From Schizochytrium sp. TIO01 (Eukaryota > Protista > Bigyra: Labyrinthulomycetes), in NCBI GenBank assembly GCA_004764695.1, contig SMSO01000031.1, positions 7,298,761-7,362,760 on the forward strand: a DNA stretch of 64,000 nt. The letters are read 5' to 3'. Both the position numbers and the translations under genes were made by a program. Position 1 is the stretch's first letter. Every line of letters starts with the position of its first letter. Below the pieces are notes generated by a model. It saw nothing but the letters and a program-made list of their open reading frames with translations, was not told the DNA's origin and ran no database searches. Below are positions 11,344 through 21,700 of this stretch, piece by piece.

Positions 11344-13209
11344 ATGCAGGCGACGCGGAGCGGGCCCTCAAAGTTATCACACTGGCGTGCGAAACAGTCC
11401 GAGGCAGCGCGGCGCAGACGAGGGGACAACCATGAGGGCTGGCACTTGGTCTTCTACGTTTTTGGCCTCGGCGGACTGTGCGTGTTGATGCTACAGGTTG
11501 TCGTGACGATCTTCAGGTCTGCCGAGCCCGATGGAGGCACGGTATTTGGCACAAACGACGCACTACGCGGCGCCCGCGCAGACCTCGACAATGCGATGTC
11601 TGGAAATACCTTGCCCAAAGCTCATCCGGATGTTGTAGCGCTCGCCAAAAGGGTTGCGGACGCGCTCGCACCGTTTCAGACAACTTATCTGGAGAGCATC
11701 GGTGTTGAAACGCCTTCATGCGCCCCTGAACACGTGCACTGGAGCGCTCTGCAGCCTGGCTACCTCGCTGCATGCCCGAAGTCTGGATGCCGCATGTTCA
11801 CAGATCTCGACGAGGCCAAAGCCGCCTGTGCGCAGGAGGAAGATTGCGGAGGTGTAACCAAGTCTGGAGAGTCCTTCGAGACTAGACAGTCTAGGTCCAT
11901 CGTTGACTCTGAGCATGGCGAAATGTCTGCCGTTAGATCTGTTTGTAAAAGGGCATCCAACGCCCTGGAGGTCTGGGAGGCCTTCAGGGAGACCATCGAA
12001 CAGGCACTTGACGACGAAGAAGAACTCCATCTCAACACAGTGTATCCCACGCGGGAGGATGGCAGCATTTTTCTTGCAATCTCCACCTATAGAGACATCA
12101 CGTGTCCGGACACCCTCAAAGGTGCCTTCATGAGCGCCAAAAACCCGGAGAAACTCTTCGTAGGCATTGTACAGCAAAACTGCAATGTGGACAACTGTTT
12201 CACGGGAACGGGATGGGGAAACACCAGGAAATGGGTACACCAGGAAGGACCTGATGTGGACTGCATTGAGGCCTTCTGCAAGGAGTTCCCTGAGGTGTGC
12301 CACAAACAAGTAAAGATATTGAGGCTTGGAGAACGAGAGTCTTACGGCCCCTTCTTTGGCAGGTTCTTGAATAGCAAACTATACCGCGGAGAAAACTTCT
12401 ATGTGCAGATTGATGCCCATACAGAATTCAGGCAGGACTGGGACTACTGGCTCGTAGACCAGATGAAAAGAACACCAAGCTACCCCAACTCGGTTATTTC
12501 TAATTATCCACCTGGAGGCGACCCTCGGAGGATTGGCAAGTGGCCGGCGCCAACAGGTTACAATGAACATACCCCGAGTGCTCTCTGCGGATGCAACTTC
12601 GAGGATGCTGGTGGGACGCATCATACTGTGCGACTCCGTGAGACCCCGCGCACGTTCTCGCGTGACGTGGACAACTCTGTCCCGCACCATTCTGCCTTTG
12701 TGGCGGCTGGATTCTTCGTTGCGCATGGATCCATCGTCGCCAATGTACCTTTTGACCCGTTCATGCCCTACCTTTTCATGGGAGAGGAAATCTCACTCAC
12801 CATTCGCTTCTGGACCAGTGGCTACGATATCTATGGACCAGCAATTAATGTTTTGCGCCACGAATACGTGCGTAAAGAGAGCCCCAAGTTCTGGGAAAGT
12901 GTCACGATGGTCTTTAAGAATGGTGGCATACACAACAGTCTCACGGACCTCATCATTCCTCGAGTTCAGCACCTCGTTGGCTGGAAAGATGAACCTGCTC
13001 GCACGGAAAGCGTGTTCGCAAGAGCGGATCAATTTGGGTGTGGAACCAAAAGATCTGCTCTGCAGTTCGTCAAGGTTATGCAGATCCGCGTCCGCTCGCT
13101 GCGCCAGACTGCCCCCTCGTGGTGCGTCCATGGCACAGATATGCCCGCCAAACTTGCCCAGTGGGGCGTCTCTGACGACAGCTTGGACATCGAAGCGATG
13201 GAAGATTAG
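11344..13209 (+). CDS. Membrane-anchored GT60-family polypeptide/hydroxyproline alpha-N-acetylglucosaminyltransferase-like protein, 621 aa
   Basis: TM segment LVFYVFGLGGLCVLMLQVVVTIF. GT60 motifs: SIFLAISTYRD..C, LFVGIVQQ, GPFFGR, YRGENFYVQIDAHTEFRQDWD, VISNYPP, FVAAGFF, VPFDPFMPYLFMGEEISLTIRFWTSGYDIYGP. Confidence 0.92.
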   Translation: MQATRSGPSKLSHWRAKQSEAARRRRGDNHEGWHLVFYVFGLGGLCVLMLQVVVTIFRSAEPDGGTVFGTNDALRGARADLDNAMSGNTLPKAHPDVVALAKRVADALAPFQTTYLESIGVETPSCAPEHVHWSALQPGYLAACPKSGCRMFTDLDEAKAACAQEEDCGGVTKSGESFETRQSRSIVDSEHGEMSAVRSVCKRASNALEVWEAFRETIEQALDDEEELHLNTVYPTREDGSIFLAISTYRDITCPDTLKGAFMSAKNPEKLFVGIVQQNCNVDNCFTGTGWGNTRKWVHQEGPDVDCIEAFCKEFPEVCHKQVKILRLGERESYGPFFGRFLNSKLYRGENFYVQIDAHTEFRQDWDYWLVDQMKRTPSYPNSVISNYPPGGDPRRIGKWPAPTGYNEHTPSALCGCNFEDAGGTHHTVRLRETPRTFSRDVDNSVPHHSAFVAAGFFVAHGSIVANVPFDPFMPYLFMGEEISLTIRFWTSGYDIYGPAINVLRHEYVRKESPKFWESVTMVFKNGGIHNSLTDLIIPRVQHLVGWKDEPARTESVFARADQFGCGTKRSALQFVKVMQIRVRSLRQTAPSWCVHGTDMPAKLAQWGVSDDSLDIEAMED

Positions 13210-14384
13210 TCCTGACCAAGAGCAAAGGAGAATTAAAATCAGTGAGCTATGAATGCTTCGTAGAACCATACTCCTATCTTGCATGATATCATGTACGAAA
13301 ATGCATTTTGCATCAATATTAATGCGATGTAGAAAAGCAAGCAAATATCGATTTTCGCACCATTTGCATTTCTCAAACCCTGGGTAAAAACTACGTAGAA
13401 GTAGAACGGAAGAGCCCGCTCTTGTGACTCACGATCACCTTCAACGTAGCGATGGCAGTGATGACTACTACACTTTGCCATTCTCCAAAGAAGGAGAGGA
13501 AGAGAACGTAGAGGAAAATGGAAAGTGTGACACATTGTAAGCAAACTGCTCAAGAACTTGCATACATCTGTGTTTCTGGCGCCGATAGACAAGTCTGTAC
13601 AAACAAGCATACAACCAATTAAGCAAATAGTTACCTACGCAACTTACAATATAAAGTATCACTGCAAAAAAATAAAATAAATGAATCAATGTCTGCATCA
13701 AACTAAATCCCTCACGGGCTTGTTACATCACATGCCTAGAAATCGTCACAGTAAGTGGTCCATTGTGCTTCTCTGTACGTCTTTTTGTACATGAGAATGT
13801 GTGTGTTGTCTAGTTGATGTTTACAATAAAATAAAGTGGAGAAAAGTAACATTCATTATAAGATCTGTGTAGAGGCTCAAATGAAGACTGTGCTTCCCCT
13901 AAGAAAGAGTGAGAAACAGTTGAGAGATATTTGCAATCGTCACTTGATGTTGCCCTTATCTATTTTTCGTTAGACTGAGGAAAACAGCTAGCTTAAAAGA
14001 ACAAAGAGAAGAAAATCCATCGCACGGCTTGAACTGCAAACTCGACATAGATCAAAGAAAAAAAAAAAAGAGAAGGAAATAACGAAAAACGAAAAAAATG
14101 AAACAGCCAAGCGACCCAGGCATATCGTAGGCAATTCAGAATTCAGCCAGAAAAAAAGTCCCACATAGAAGTTGAAAGAAATCGGTTGACGAGGAAAGTA
14201 AGCCATCCATATACGATTCAAAACGCGGCAAGACTGCATGAGTGTGATCTGGTCTTTCAAACAAGACCTATCTCAACCCGAGCAAAATGCGCATCGCATC
14301 CTCACTGGCATCACGCATCTGACGGACCGAAGTAAACACGTGCAGGCTATAGGCTCGATCATGATGCCAACTCTTACAATGACT

Positions 14385-14385
<1 letters not shown>

Positions 14386-14414
<29 letters not shown>
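14386..14414. repeat. (GAT)n microsatellite
   Basis: About 10 GAT units. Confidence 0.95.
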
Positions 14415-14416
<2 letters not shown>

Positions 14417-14759
14417 ATGGAGAATAGAGTTGGTGTTTGACGCATTGTGGCCTCTTTAATAAGATGTGTAATGATGATGTTCGAAATGTTGATAAAACTT
14501 GACCATGATGAGCCAGCCATCACCATTTAGCAAACGTTCACGCATGCACGCAACAAGGGCGCTTTAGAAGCATGAGCAAGAAGAAGACATGTTCAGCATC
14601 TTCAATTTAAAAGGTCAAAGCAAGTAGCGAAAAGCCCCAGAGCGCGGGCCCTGTGGCGTAATGATCAGTTATATAATTTGAGGCTGGGACGAGTCTGGTT
14701 AGATCGAAGCTGGCGGAGTCCAAAATCCCGGTAACGTCGCTGTCAAAGTCGCCCAGGGA

Positions 14760-15074
14760 TCAGGGCTTACTCTTGGAGAGCATCTTCTTGGTGTACTCCG
14801 GATCACGCTTGCCGGTGTGCGGGTTGACCATAGACTCAACCCTGGATTTGGCGACGTACTTTTCGCCACGGTCCTTTGGCTTTTCCTCTATTTTCCCCTC
14901 CTCTTTTAACTTCTGCTTCGCAGCGATCTTGGCCTGGAGCTTCTCAGCGTCACTCATTTTAGGTCCTGCGGCAGCCTTGTCATCCTTCTTGCCCTTCTTG
15001 GCCGCACCGCCAGCCTTCACCTTGCGAGCCTCTGCTCGGGCACGGTCCTTGTCGCGCTGGTTGCCACGAGTCAT
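14760..15074 (-). CDS. SERF/4F5-family small basic protein with C-terminal extension, 104 aa
   Basis: Begins with the family hallmark MTRGNQRDKDRARA and later has DAEKLQAKIAAK. The real start is the ATG at 15074, not 15143 as in the ORF track; a pyrimidine-rich ...CATACAG acceptor ends 5 nt upstream (5'UTR intron). Confidence 0.9.
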   Translation of the reverse strand: MTRGNQRDKDRARAEARKVKAGGAAKKGKKDDKAAAGPKMSDAEKLQAKIAAKQKLKEEGKIEEKPKDRGEKYVAKSRVESMVNPHTGKRDPEYTKKMLSKSKP

Positions 15075-15339
15075 GATGTCTGTATGAAGGACAGAGGGAG
15101 AGTCGGAGAGCAACCGCAAGGGAGCGTCCAGGGCACGCAGCAACTGCAGCGCAAGAATTATCGATTTGCTTCTGAGCGATTAATTGCTCACGCTCGAGGT
15201 AGCATTCATTTCATTCACTCATTCTGCTTCAGTGTTTATTTCTACTTTAAGCTCACTATAGCTTGCAAAAATAAAAATCGGTTATAAGCAATATAAGCTA
15301 CTTACAAAAGAATAACTCAAAGTGTCAGGAACAGGTGAT

Positions 15340-15450
15340 GATGCTGGGCCGCATATGTCCCGGAATTCCGGAATCTGAACAGTATACGGAACGTTCTACA
15401 GATGTTCCGGGGTTACCGTTATGAGTGGAATTAGTAAAGAAAAGGAAAGA
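15340..15450. promoter_or_regulatory. Putative compact bidirectional promoter between the SERF-like gene and the SH3/SAM/EF-hand gene
   Basis: Head-to-head genes with UTR intron signals on both sides. A cluster of CCGGAA/TTCCGG motifs includes the palindrome CCGGAATTCCGG at 15360-15371. Confidence 0.35.
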
Positions 15451-15791
15451 AGGAAAGCGAAGTGGGATGGCGATAGGGCATAGTTGTTGAGGTGTCGAGA
15501 GATTTAGGGAGCTGAGCTGGCTGCAAGAATAGTTGAGTAAATTTTTAGCTGGGCGTGAGTAGCAGCTGTCCAGCTGTGCGACTGATTGACAAACAGCTGC
15601 TGCACCTTGCGAACTAAGTAAGCTAAGTTCGTGGGACATGCTTACATGCTGATTGGTTAGAGCTCTCGAACGGGGTCAAGCACGAGACGATTACTCTGAC
15701 AAATTAAACCTCAAGAACGGCAACAGTGTCTCGAGGTTTATTGAGAAACCTTCACGAGAAGTAGCAAAGAAAGGCCAGAGACTTCAGGACC

Positions 15792-18700
15792 ATGGAAAAC
15801 AAATATGGGCACGTACAGAACACATCAGCAGCCGAATTATGCAAGAATGATGTGCGCTCTCTGCATGAAAATATACCACCAAGCGCACCATCGGTTCGCG
15901 TTTGTAAACGATTTGCGGGGTCAGTCGATCGTAAACAGCTTTCGTTAGAAAAGGGAAGCGTAGTATGGATTGTCAGGGAGACAACCATGGATACAGAGCG
16001 AGGCAGATGGTGGATCGGGTACAATGCTCAAGGAAAACGGGGTGCTTTTCCCGATGAGTGCGTAAACACACAAAACCTAGACACTAGTATTCTTAAAAAG
16101 GTCGCAGCAGAAGATATGGTATCTCAAAAGGAACTGCGACGCAAATACCTGAATATCAGTATTGCCAAACGACAGGCAACAAAAAATCGCGAGGTTGAAT
16201 ATTGCTTAAGGGCAGGAGAATATCATATTGAGCTTGCTGAGGGAATGTCATTGCAGTATGCTAAGCTCATTCTTGAAAATGGTATGATTGACTTGAAAAA
16301 TACAACACACGCTCTACATCTTCCTGGGAAAAATGGCAAAACTGGATAGACAATACAATACATATATCCCGAGACATTGCAGATCAAGCGAAATCATCCC
16401 GAGGCTTTGTTCAGCTTGCCATAGGGCTGACTACGAAAGACGGAAATTTTGAGCGTTGGCGACTTGCTCTGATCCCTATTCTCAAGTACCCAGCTATTGA
16501 ATTTGAGCTCAGCGAGACCGTGAGCGTCTGGTTTTCCGCAAACCAAACTGCTCGCCCTGAGTCTACATTTTCATTATTAAGCAGTGCCGAAATTCAACTA
16601 TGTGTTGAAGCACTACTAAACATTGAGATATCGATGAAATCTGCCAAAGTGAGCCTCTTTCTCGTTCCCGTGAAGGACGTAATCGAGGAGTTTCTCTCTG
16701 ACCCGAAAAAAGGTGGAGGAAGCATCACTGCAATTACTTCAAAGCGAAGCCCAACCTACAAAGTCAGGAAAACTAGTGAGATTAGACATTCAAAACCTCC
16801 TGGAACTTCCTATGCTTGACGTTTATTTTGGTACTGTAGGTGCAAATCTTTACAACCAGGACAATGATCTCGTCGGTTCGAGAATTATGCCCCTGGCGAA
16901 CCTAACGAGATTTCAACGTCCATTCACTTTTACCCTGCGATCGATGACACACTTTGGAATTTCTCGCGCTGCAAGCTTACAGCTCATTGTCAAAACAATA
17001 CCGGAACTGAAATCTATTGCCCGTCCAGGATCGCCAGAACGAAAAGCATCCCCTACTCACTTCAAAACCAGGAGATCTTCACCAAAGAAAGATGTCAATG
17101 CAGAGCTGACATCAAATCGAAAACATAAAAGCTCAAGCCCCAAAAAGGTTTTACATGACGTATCAACCCACAGCAACGAAAAAAAGGTATTTAGACCCCG
17201 TCCTCATAGTGCATCTCCCTCCAGAAATAGTCAAAATGGAAATTCATCGCTTCACATGCAAGCTAACTCCAAAATTCATGAGCTAATTGAAGACCAGAAG
17301 CGCCATAAGAGTAAGAGTGCACCATCAAGTCCTCGAAAAGACTATGTGGTCTCTACTCGGCAAGAGATTAGTATCTCGCCGCAGGATTCATCTCTAGAAC
17401 CTCAATCCAAAAAGTCGTTGCAGAATCAGGCGAGAACTGAAATTCACCAACTTCTAGGTACTTCGGTAACACACTGCGATCGACATAACCGTGAGATGAG
17501 CCCTACTCAAAGAGCTCATTACACTAATACCGCTCGTTTTGAACTTGGGCAACTTTTGAGCAAAAGTTCACTTGACACTAACACCTTCGGTTCGCTCAAT
17601 TCACAATCCTCAATTATTAACCACAAACATCAAAAGCCTGAAATTATCTATGATAGCTCTGACAGCGATCTCGATAGTATGGAAAGCGACTCACATATTT
17701 TTAGTAAGAACCTTCCATCTGGCAATATTGGTGCTGTTTCTCCAGTACACATTCAGAAGCTTGACTCGCCTCAAGGACTGATGTCCGTAAACTCACCTGG
17801 TATTTTCTCACCGCAATGTAGCGACACAGAAACCGAGACGTCTGACAGTGAGGAAGAAATTCTAAGGCACCCTGCCCGAAAACGCGACTCACTAAAAACC
17901 GAGAATAGTAGGACACAGGAACGTACGACAGAAGAGATTGAACAAGGTTTGAGCTCCATCGTTCATGAAAGAGAGGACCTTATAGATGACCCTCAGCAAG
18001 TAGCGGAGCTTCTCTTTGAGCAAGATCGCATCGAAGCATTGCAACGTGGACTCAGTGGCTGCCTTAAGATGTCACACCTTCAATTATGGGAGCTTGTTGC
18101 CGATTTCAAGCTTTGGGACAAGGTTGCAAAAGGCTTGGGTAGTCTGAGACGCGATCGAGACACAGTTTTACCTTTGCTAGACATGTCAGCTTTAGGGGCT
18201 ATATTGCATCTTCAAAACGATACATTGGCACTGCGGCAGCTCCGTCGAGCATTGTTGGACCTTTTAAGAGTAGATAGCATAGAACAAGCTTATGAACAAC
18301 AAGAACTCGGAGACATTGAGCGAATTGCCGCAGGTTTTGACCTTGCAGAGAACGACGTCAAGACGCAAAAGTGGCCTGCTCTAATGAAGATTCCATTTTT
18401 AGATTGGACCTCACAGCAAGTAGCTATGCTTTTTCAAGAGTGCGGAGCAGATAGCACTCGTATTCAGCAAAACAGCATCGATGGAAAATTTCTGGTCCAA
18501 CATGAGGCTCAAGGAGCATATGTCTTGGAGCAAGAGTTGCATAGTCTCGGGATTGAAGACCCTATAATTCGACAACGGCTCCAATACCAAATTAGTCTCT
18601 TGGTAAAGCGCATCGGTCCAGCACAACCTTCTCAACTCAATAACCAAAATCTAGAGAAGGAAAATAATGGCTTGAAGTCCCGTACAATATCCCAACCTCA

Positions 18701-21700
18701 GCGCCAAGATAGCAGTATGAGCGATGACCAGGGAGCATGGTGGGCAAGCCGCGCATATGGGCTTCGAGCCCGAAAACCTCTTGAAACTTGGTCTGTAAAC
18801 GATGTGATTCGCTTAGCGAAATTACTGAAATTACCAGACGCAATTGTGGCCCGCATGCAGTCATATGCACTTGATGGCCGTGGACTTATTGACTTGACAA
18901 GAGATGAGATGAGGTATGAATTGGGACTCCCACCACATGAGCTAGATGTAGTAGAGGCCTCTCGTAAGTTGCTGCACTTACCCCCTGAGATTTTACTTGG
19001 CTCCTCAGACTATCTTCAAGTTCGCATCAAGAATATGAAACACTCGGTATGGTTGGATCAAGAAACAAGTGCAACCAGCATCAATATTGCGCTTAATCGA
19101 ATGCACACAATCATTTTACGTCCTGGACCTGGTTTAATGCAAGCAGTGACTTATGCTTCCCAAAAAGCAAATAGGCGTCAAACTGTAGCAACAAGGATTT
19201 GGTATCGACTGTTAGAGTACGGAATTCAAGATGATCGTTCTATCTCTGGTCAAACTAATGCTTCTGACCTTGGCAAAGCGTTTTCCGATGCTGGCGCGGC
19301 TTCCCTTACCGCTGTGATAAGGAAGCATACCATTGAAACTGTCCCTGAGCGTCTTGCAAGATGGGACCCTCTGCAAAGCCTTCTCGTAACCACATCTGGG
19401 CAAGTGAACGGATGGCGATATCTTGGAACGACTAGTGTCGAGCGAGGTTGCGATGATGAATGCGCACGATTAGAAGTAGCTTTTGATACCCAGGCATTTC
19501 CCTCAAGTGAATCAAAGTTTAAGCGTATTTACCGCTTTTGCTTTCTTGTGCAAGTTGGTACTATGAAATCCCTAGAAAATGACTTTAATGTTCTTGCGAT
19601 CCCTCTCCGGAATGGAATCGATGAGCACTCGGTCCATCGTGGTATACACATGTTTGCGTTAACATCTCCATTCTCTCTTTCGCAACATGGATCGAGCGAA
19701 AGCAGGAAGGAAAAGGCAGCAACAAAACTGCGGTTGCACAAATCCAAGCCAACGAAAAGGTCGACTTCTTCTAGGAAGACTAAGTTAGTTTCCTCTACGT
19801 CTGGCGCACGTTTTAAAGACTCTACAAAGATAAAGACTGGCGGGACAGACAATTCTCGTAGCTCACTCGATGAAAGTTTGAAGCAAAACCCTCCAAGGGA
19901 TGCACATAACGGTATGCAGGACCCATCCAGCTTGCACAAAATTAAGAATGTGGCTCCGCCTACTGTACCTGCTCGCATACTTGTATCAAGAAAGCCTGCA
20001 ACTTCACATCGTAAATTGTATCAAGAGGATTTGAAGGTGCAGAAAATCGAAAAACTTGAGGAAGCTCAGCATGAACTCCAATCTGCAATCGACCAAGTTA
20101 TTGAAAACCAAAAAGGTATTCAAAATCAAAGGACTGAGCAATTAACAAGTCTTCGCACTGAAGCAGCATTTCATTTGGGAGCACTAATGAACGGACAACA
20201 AGCAAAGTCTCAATTTTCGAACAACAAGACAACAGGCCTTCAATACGAAGCACAAGTGGCTTTAGAGAATCTTAAAGAAGGATTTCTACATAAAAAGACT
20301 AAAGTCACTTCTGGAAGTGGAGCAGCTGGCCCATTACATTTGGCGAGTGTCACACGGCCTAAGCACTTCAAAGTCAGTGAGACCGAGCCCTTCTCGCCAA
20401 TCTCTGTGTCATCTCTTTCCGCGTCATCATCATCGTCATCTTCTTCCTCCTCCTCATCATCAAGCGATGAATCTTCCAAATGGTGGGACTATCAATCTAC
20501 AGAAGGAGATAATCACGAGCATAGAGCTAGTGCTTCAAGTTGGGTTGACGAATTGACAATAGCAGATCGTAGCGATGTCAAGCTAGCTCCAAACTCTCCG
20601 TCTTCTACTTCTTCCTCTTCCTCTTCCCCTTCCTCTTCTTCGTCCTCCAGTTCCTCTTCAAAACCACAACATGCAGGGCAGGCTAACAATCCTTTGCCTC
20701 CTGGAAAGCCTGCAGGACAAGAAGAAGGTATGATGCAAGTTTGGGCCCAGACGATCAGTTCCCAGTACCTGAATGCTAAAACAGGAGGCAAAACCTTTAC
20801 ATACCCGCTGCGGCCATCAAATACTTCTGCAGAAAGATATATTCATAAACTTAAGATGGCTGTATGCAGAACAGGGGCAGATCAGTGCTTGACGCTTCTT
20901 AAGCTTCATGATCTTACGCACGAGGGGTGGATTTCAGAACAGGCCCTCTCCTTATTTATCAAAGATTTAAGCCACCCAGAGCTATGTGAGGATTTACATA
21001 ACGTGCTTTTGGACCTCTATAAGGCACCTGGGCAGGATGTGTTCGACATGAAAGGAGAGCGAATCATGATTCGATACGAGCGTCTGGTTCGTAATTGGAC
21101 CATGGACGAAGGAGCTTATTGGCAGGCACTCGTGAATCGTATCTGGGCGAGAGCTGATGTTGAAGAAGTTGATTTACTTTGTCTGTCTGCAACCGACCTA
21201 AGAATTCTTCAGAACTTGGTGAAGAATCTTGATTCAGGTTTGAATTCTGAAGATTTAGGTTATTTACTGCCAAACAATATACTTGCGGAAAACAGACTTT
21301 TAGACACGCCACTTATTCGTGTGAACTCAAAGATTCTATGGAAAGCTCTCGTGAGCGTTCTTCAACATCACCAAGATACCTTTAAAGAAATGTGCCGGTT
21401 TCAGAGTTCTACAAATGAAGACGGAGAAAATGCTCATATTGTAGAAACCAAACTTTTTGCAAACGCTGTCAAAATGCTTTTGAAAACCTCGCTTCTAGAA
21501 AATGAGTTAGATTGTCTTGAGATCGCAGCAGGGAAAATCAAGGAGGGCTATATTAACTGCCAGCTCATATTTGAGGGATTTATTAATGATGTTTCAATAA
21601 ACTTTGAATCAGCGTTACAACTCCTTCATGCCGATGATGCTGACGCTACTGGCTTTGTGGACGAGCAAGCGATGGAAAATGCACTTCGCAAGTGTATGCG

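Noticed and set aside
14646-14725. tRNA-like start GGCCCTGTGGCGTAATG
   Set aside because: No T-loop (GTTCRA) or cloverleaf; lies in the SERF 3' flank.
15638-15850. Upstream SH3-like ORF with in-frame TGA (possible Sec or readthrough)
   Set aside because: The ATG and TGA fall inside a candidate 43-nt UTR intron, the SH3 similarity is weak and needs a frameshift, and no SECIS was seen.
16282-16720. Programmed ribosomal frameshifting or pseudogenisation of the SH3/SAM gene
   Set aside because: Two canonical GT-AG introns explain both frame changes more simply.
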